From positions 1 to 43,709 of the forward strand of contig JAZRRD010000092.1 in assembly GCA_045650425.1 (NCBI GenBank): a DNA stretch of 43,709 nt, in the 5' to 3' direction. How positions within the stretch are numbered: position 1 is the first letter of the stretch; each line of letters begins with the position of its first letter. Origin of the DNA: Bacilli bacterium. GTDB taxonomy: Bacteria > Bacillota_I > Bacilli_A > RF39 > UBA660. This document shows, piece by piece, positions 37,231 to 43,709 of the stretch. The translations under genes and the position numbers were made by a program. The notes below the pieces were generated by a model, which did not search any database, was not told the DNA's origin, and worked only from the letters and a program-made list of their open reading frames with translations.

Positions 37231-37803
37231 TTAAACTTGTTCAAAATATAAAGATGCAGTTAGATTTAAAGAAGCTCCATTAGTTGGTAAATCTGTAGAT
37301 GCATCAGGCATAACATACTCTACTCTAACTTTTAAAGTTTTACTTGTTGGAGTACCAGATGTAGCTTTTCCAAGAATAACACCTTGAACAGATTCATCAG
37401 TTGCAGTATATTCTTTACCATCATAAGTAACTACATAATTTATATACTTATCAACATCAGCAGTCATTCCACCCAAAGTTACTTTCTTTAATGCAGCATC
37501 AAATGTTCCAGCGTTTTCTACATTAATTGTAAATTCATAGAAATCACCAGGATTATTCAATGTAACATTATAGTTAACACTTGTTCCTGCAATAGTTGGT
37601 GAAACAGCATTAACACTACTTTGAGATTCAGCGTAACTTTCAGTATTAAAATGTACATCCCATCTTGCAGTACCTACATTAGTTGTACCTGTAACATTTA
37701 AAGTTTGGTTATATGCAGCAGCAGCAAAACCTACAGTCATTACTACCAATGCAACAGCTAATGCAATAATTGCAACTCCTTGTCCATTTCTTTGTCTCTC
37801 CAT
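37231..37803 (-). CDS. secreted TasA-like subunit with class-2 N-terminal signal (probable major subunit)
   Basis: Strong RBS AAGGAGGA. N-terminus ...VVMTVGFAAAAYNQTLNVTGT. NNPGDFYEFTINVENAG resembles TasA LKPGDKLTKDFQFENNG. GC-richer than its surroundings. Confidence 0.8.
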   Translation of the reverse strand: MERQRNGQGVAIIALAVALVVMTVGFAAAAYNQTLNVTGTTNVGTARWDVHFNTESYAESQSSVNAVSPTIAGTSVNYNVTLNNPGDFYEFTINVENAGTFDAALKKVTLGGMTADVDKYINYVVTYDGKEYTATDESVQGVILGKATSGTPTSKTLKVRVEYVMPDASTDLPTNGASLNLTASLYFEQV

Positions 37804-37863
37804 TATTTATCCTCCTTATCATACAAATAATAACATATTTTTTTTATATGCACAATTACTAAA

Positions 37864-39978
37864 TTAATCATTCGATAACAAAGTCAATTGAACTTTATTC
37901 TTATCTTTCAAAATATCTAAAACATAACAATCTACAATATCTCCAACACTAAATAATTCACTTGGATGCTTAATATATTCTTTTGATAATTGAGATATGT
38001 GAGCAAGACCATCATTTTTTAGTCCAATATCAATAAACACTCCAAAATCTATCACATTTCTTACAGTACCTTGAAGCTTCATTCCAATTTCAAGATTTTC
38101 AATTTTTAATATATCTTTTCTTAAAATTGGTTTTTCTATCATATCACGTGGGTCTCTATTCGGAGCCTTCAAACTATCAATTATATCTAATACAGTTAAC
38201 GAATCACTATTTATATTATTTAATTTATTAATTAATTTCTCTGTCCCAATTTCGTCTAATGAAACTTCTACTTTGTTAAGTAATTCTAATGCAATATTAT
38301 AACTTTCTGGATGGATACTAGTTTTATCTAATGGATTACTTCCATTTGGAATCCTTAAAAAGCCTATTGCTTGTTCATATGTTTTTTCAGTTAAAACTTT
38401 ATTTTTAAGAATCTCTTCCCTCGTATCAATTAATCCTTTTTTATTACGATATTCTATAATTTTATCTATACTCTTTTTATTTAAACCAGACACATAACTA
38501 AGTAGGGCTTCACTTGCAGTGTTAATATTCACCCCAACACTATTAACAGCTTTCTTAACCGTAAAGTCTAACATTTCATCTAATCTTTTTGGCGAAACAT
38601 CATGTTGATAAAGTCCAACCCCAATACTTTTAGGTTCAATTTTAACTAGTTCACTAAGAGGATCTTCAATACGTCTTGCAATCGATACAGCACTTCTTTG
38701 TTCTACATGTAAATCAGGAAATTCCTTTATAGCTAACTTACTTGCCGAATATACACTAGCCCCAGCTTCATTAACCATCAAATATGAAACATCTTTATCT
38801 ATTGAATTAATAACATCCGCAACTAATGCTTCACTTTCTCTAGAGGCAGTTCCATTTCCTACGGCAACTAAATTAACATTATATTTATTTATTAAATCTA
38901 TTAATTTTGATTTTGATTTTTCATATTCATTCTTAGGTTCATGTGGATAAATTACATCTATTGTTAAAAGTTTACCTGTTTCATCTATTACAGCTAATTT
39001 ACATCCTGTACGATACGCAGGATCAAGCCCTAAAACAATTTTACCTTTCATCGGAGGTTGAAGTAATACTTTTTCTAAATTCTTACCAAAATTCATAATT
39101 GCAACTTCTTCAGCTTGTTCTGTAAGTTCACTTCTTATTTCTCTTTCTATGCTAGGCAAGATTAATCTTTTTAAACTATCTTCAATTGATTCTTGAATTA
39201 ACTTGCTACATACGTCTTCTTTTAACTTCATTTTATTCGCAATAAAACCTTTAGCATTATCAACATTAAAATTAATGCTTACAGATAATACTCCTTCTTT
39301 TTCTCCACGATTTAACGCAAGAACACGATGTGGTCTTATTTTCTTAACAGGTTCTTTGTAATCATAATACATAGAATAAACTTGTAACTCATCTTTATTA
39401 TTTTTCTTTTTCTTACTAGCTATCTCACATGTTTTAAATGAATAATCTCTTATATATTTTCGATATTTTGCATTATCACTTATTATTTCTGCAATTATAT
39501 ATTTAGCGCCTTCTATAGCATCTTCCTTAGTTTTTACTTTATCATTAATAAATTTAAGAGCTTCATTCATAACATTTTGATTGAATGTTAAAATCATTTT
39601 AGCTAAAGGTTCTAATCCATTTGCTATAGCTTCCGTAGCTTTAGTTTTTTTCTTTTCTTTATATGGACGATATAAATCTTCAATATCCACAAGCTTTTGA
39701 CACGCTAATATTTGGTTTCTTAATTCTTCAGTTAACATTCCTTTTTCATCTATTAAACGAATTACATCTTCTTTTCTTTTTAACAAATTAACTTGATATT
39801 GATATTGTTCATCTATTACTCTAATTTGCTCCTCATCTAAAGAACCAGTAACTTCTTTTCTATAACGAGCAATAAAAGGAATAGTATTACCTTCCTCCAA
39901 AAGTTTTAAAGTTGCTAAAACTTGATATTCCCTAACCCCTAAATTATTACTTACTTGTTTTATTATATTTTCATTCAT
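37864..39978 (-). CDS. tex: Tex-like transcription accessory protein (YqgF/RuvC-like, HhH and S1 domains)
   Basis: IPFIARYRKEVTGSLDEEQIR, a central YqgF-like GLDPAYRTGCKLAV, and a C-terminal S1 domain (GTVRNVIDFGVFIDIG). Confidence 0.9.
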   Translation of the reverse strand: MNENIIKQVSNNLGVREYQVLATLKLLEEGNTIPFIARYRKEVTGSLDEEQIRVIDEQYQYQVNLLKRKEDVIRLIDEKGMLTEELRNQILACQKLVDIEDLYRPYKEKKKTKATEAIANGLEPLAKMILTFNQNVMNEALKFINDKVKTKEDAIEGAKYIIAEIISDNAKYRKYIRDYSFKTCEIASKKKKNNKDELQVYSMYYDYKEPVKKIRPHRVLALNRGEKEGVLSVSINFNVDNAKGFIANKMKLKEDVCSKLIQESIEDSLKRLILPSIEREIRSELTEQAEEVAIMNFGKNLEKVLLQPPMKGKIVLGLDPAYRTGCKLAVIDETGKLLTIDVIYPHEPKNEYEKSKSKLIDLINKYNVNLVAVGNGTASRESEALVADVINSIDKDVSYLMVNEAGASVYSASKLAIKEFPDLHVEQRSAVSIARRIEDPLSELVKIEPKSIGVGLYQHDVSPKRLDEMLDFTVKKAVNSVGVNINTASEALLSYVSGLNKKSIDKIIEYRNKKGLIDTREEILKNKVLTEKTYEQAIGFLRIPNGSNPLDKTSIHPESYNIALELLNKVEVSLDEIGTEKLINKLNNINSDSLTVLDIIDSLKAPNRDPRDMIEKPILRKDILKIENLEIGMKLQGTVRNVIDFGVFIDIGLKNDGLAHISQLSKEYIKHPSELFSVGDIVDCYVLDILKDKNKVQLTLLSND

Positions 39979-40046
39979 ATTATTACCTCATAAAAAAGTA
40001 TATCATAAAACAAATTAAAATTAATATAGTTAAATATAAGAAATGT

Positions 40047-40075
40047 TTGACATTATCAAATGTTTATAATAAAAT
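40047..40075 (+). promoter_or_regulatory. sigma-A-like promoter for tRNA-Cys
   Basis: TTGACA, 17-nt spacer, TAAAAT. About 14 nt upstream of the tRNA 5' end. Confidence 0.45.
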
Positions 40076-40089
40076 ATGTATGTATTGAT

Positions 40090-40163
40090 GGAGCCATAGC
40101 CAAGTGGTAAGGCGTGGGACTGCAACTCCCTGATCGTTGGTTCAAATCCGACTGGCTCCTCCA
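40090..40163 (+). tRNA. tRNA-Cys (anticodon GCA)
   Basis: Acceptor GGAGCCA/TGGCTCC, anticodon loop CTGCAAC, T arm GTTGG-TTCAAAT-CCGAC, encoded CCA. Confidence 0.88.
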
Positions 40164-40231
40164 GATTGATAGGAAACTCGAACTATTCGAGTTTAAGTAA
40201 TAAATGCTAACTAGAAATAGTTAGTTTTTTT
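40164..40231 (+). repeat. conserved tRNA 3'-trailer element, copy B (hairpin plus terminator)
   Basis: GATTGATAGGAAACTCGAActaTTCGAGTTTAAGTAATAaatGCTAACTAgaaaTAGTTAGTTTTTTT. About 85% identical to the reverse complement of 10787-10853. Confidence 0.7.
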
Positions 40232-40264
40232 GTTGTTTAAACAAGAAAGGTTGAGTGATGAATT

Positions 40265-40534
40265 ATGACAATAGAAACTAAAGAACTTGTAATAAGTGAA
40301 GAATTAAAACGAAAGGTTGAAATGATATGTAGATTTGCTTATGTTGACTACTCTATCACAAACGGAAATATTAAAAGTATTAAGAATACAAATATTGCTT
40401 ATGTGAAACCTCACATAATAAAAATTAAAAGTAATGATTATTTAATATTTGATGAATGTGATGATATTTTTATAAACGGCTATAAACAAAAAATAAAATT
40501 TAAAGACTTCGAAGAATTTATTAAAACACATTAA
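40265..40534 (+). CDS. hypothetical protein (89 aa)
   Basis: ORF with a purine-rich RBS region. No motif recognised. Confidence 0.55.
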   Translation: MTIETKELVISEELKRKVEMICRFAYVDYSITNGNIKSIKNTNIAYVKPHIIKIKSNDYLIFDECDDIFINGYKQKIKFKDFEEFIKTH

Positions 40535-40563
40535 AATTTAAGAATTTAACTTCGTAAAAGTAC

Positions 40564-40684
40564 CTTTTAGTTGAGTATATATTGAAAGATGATTTTTATC
40601 CCCTTAAAAATTGATTATAAAGTGAGTATATATTAGGGGTAAAAAATTGCATTTAAAGTGAGTATATATTGAGAGAACTAAAAG
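40564..40684 (+). repeat. three direct repeats (core TGAGTATATATT) bracketed by a 9-bp inverted repeat, upstream of the recombinase gene
   Basis: Cores at 40572-40583, 40623-40634 and 40659-40670. Copies 2 and 3 share the 17-nt TAAAGTGAGTATATATT. The inverted repeat is CTTTTAGTT (40564-40572) and AACTAAAAG (40676-40684). Confidence 0.7.
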
Positions 40685-40725
40685 TTATGGGTTGCAAAAG
40701 TGTGTTTTAGTTAGGAAATATATGA

Positions 40726-42606
<1,881 letters not shown>

Positions 42607-42608
42607 CT

Positions 42609-42637
42609 AAAAAAATCCATTGGATTTTTTTTATTTT
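42609..42637 (+). terminator. Rho-independent terminator after the recombinase gene
   Basis: AAAAATCCA-t-TGGATTTTT followed by TTTATTTT. AT-rich stem. Confidence 0.5.
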
Positions 42638-42643
42638 GGCCAA

Positions 42644-42861
42644 AATGGACAAATCAATGGACAACATATTCCTTGTAAAATAAAGAAATATTAAGCATCA
42701 ATGGACAAAAATTGGGTATCCAATGGATTTTTTGCAAGTGCAAAAAGTGAAAGTGATATCACTAAATTCCCTTGTATTAAGCCAAAAATACAAGAAAGTG
42801 GTATCACTTCCCTTATCCTGCTTTTAAAAATATAGTTGTTTTTATTGTTGTGTTGTCCATT
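42644..42861. promoter_or_regulatory. cluster of AATGGACAA motifs and GTGATATCAC-type palindromes (candidate operator region)
   Basis: AATGGACAA at 42644-42652, 42656-42664 and 42700-42708, with an inverted copy at 42853-42861. AGTGATATCACT and AGTGGTATCACT lie at about 42745-42810. Confidence 0.45.
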
Positions 42862-42912
42862 ATTTTATAATACATGTTATAATAGTATACAAAAAAAGAG
42901 GTGTAATTGATT

Positions 42913-43551
42913 ATGAATGATAATACAATGGTTGTAGGAATAATTAATATTAATGAGTATATCAAAGCTAAAGAAGATAAAATTAATGCAATTATAAAAG
43001 ATGCATCATATGCAGAAATAATTAGATATTTAGAATTATTGCCAGAAAATTATCAAACAGAAGATTCTTTGTTTGATTGGGGATTTAGTTATATAAATGA
43101 ATATTATAAAATAATTGGTAAATTAGAAAATATGAATTCTCCTGAAGTTGAAGAATTAAAACATAAATTGTATATCCTTTATTTACAAGATAATATGTTA
43201 GATATATCTGTGACTTATGATGAATTTATTACATTTAGTAAATTGTTGAATGTTGCATTTAGTGATTATAAACCTAATAAAACTAGAAAAAGGGATAAAG
43301 AATCATATAAAAGTGGCAATGCTGATGGTGATTCAATAGTTAATGAAATTGCATATGATGTACTTCATAGTCCGCATCCACATGCTTATGAAATAACAAA
43401 ATTTAATTTAGATATTTTACTAAATATTTTAAAAGAAAAGAAAAATACAATGATTATTGATGAATTTAACAAAATAGATTTAGATGATAGTTTGTTAAAT
43501 AGTGTTTTATCTCAAAAGCGAATAAAAAAATTAAAAGAAAAGAAAAAGTAA
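42913..43551 (+). CDS. hypothetical protein (212 aa)
   Basis: ORF-track frame starts at TTG 42907. The ATG at 42913, 9 nt after AGAGGTG, is preferred. No motif recognised. Confidence 0.6.
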   Translation: MNDNTMVVGIININEYIKAKEDKINAIIKDASYAEIIRYLELLPENYQTEDSLFDWGFSYINEYYKIIGKLENMNSPEVEELKHKLYILYLQDNMLDISVTYDEFITFSKLLNVAFSDYKPNKTRKRDKESYKSGNADGDSIVNEIAYDVLHSPHPHAYEITKFNLDILLNILKEKKNTMIIDEFNKIDLDDSLLNSVLSQKRIKKLKEKKK

Positions 43552-43573
43552 GTAAGATTATAAAATTTAATTA

Positions 43574-43709
43574 TTATTTCTGTAATTCTTTAAAATCAAT
43601 ATATATTTCACTAATATAATATCTTAATATTTGTCTATATAATAAATTAGCTAATATTGTAATTAATATTAAATATATAATCACTATTAAGTACATTGAT
43701 AATGCTATT
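43574..43709 (-). CDS. hypothetical membrane protein, C-terminal fragment (gene starts beyond the window end)
   Basis: My minus-strand translation is open from the window end to TAA at 43576-43574 (...IALSMYLIVIIYLILITILANLLYRQILRYYISEIYIDFKELQK*). Confidence 0.3.
   Translation of the reverse strand, partial: IALSMYLIVIIYLILITILANLLYRQILRYYISEIYIDFKELQK

Noticed and set aside
10787-40231. The two inverted tRNA-trailer repeats considered as ends of a 29-kb invertible or mobile segment
   Set aside because: The intervening DNA holds core genes (murE, pepT, tex, ABC exporter). The repeats are only about 67 nt at about 85% identity and are explained more simply as tRNA-linked elements. I cannot exclude rare inversion, but I have no support for it.

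Overview
AT-rich (about 25-28% GC by eye) chromosomal segment from a low-GC Gram-positive bacterium (Bacillota, Erysipelotrichia- or Clostridia-like). It uses the standard code: TGA is a stop and TGG encodes Trp. Most genes are on the minus strand. There are four blocks. (1) Left accessory block, 1-10.8 kb. It holds a candidate type I toxin/antisense-RNA module, a 348-aa orphan gene and a small GC-richer orphan gene. It also holds a degraded gene remnant and a single operon of eight divergent tandem paralogs of a ~300-aa protein. That protein's motif order resembles DUF3419/BtaA-like Rossmann SAM enzymes. The block ends at a tRNA-Thr. (2) Core envelope and housekeeping genes, 11-25.5 kb: murE, a DUF368 membrane protein, an acyl-CoA ligase with an E2-like acyltransferase, a Cys-bracketed repeat surface protein with a sortase-B-type sorting signal, tRNA-Gly, an orphan radical SAM enzyme, a PAP2 phosphatase, a kinase-like protein, pepT, a heterodimeric ABC exporter and srtB. 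(3) A long minus-strand block, 25.5-37.8 kb. Its upstream half is an atypical SipW/TasA-like secreted-fibre locus. It encodes an ER-type signal peptidase fused to an extra polytopic membrane domain and a two-TM protein. It encodes five putative substrates with two distinct conserved N-terminal signal classes. One substrate is an 848-aa protein with an internal Hint (bacterial intein-like) domain, and another has Asp/Asn/Cys-rich calcium-type repeats. Downstream lie small membrane, PH-like, LysM and orphan membrane proteins. tex sits upstream of the block. (4) tRNA-Cys followed by the edge of a putative integrated element with a large serine recombinase and clustered repeat motifs. The best candidates for undescribed biology are the eight-paralog operon and the SipW-fusion/Hint fibre locus. 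All family assignments come from motif reading only; no database search was possible.
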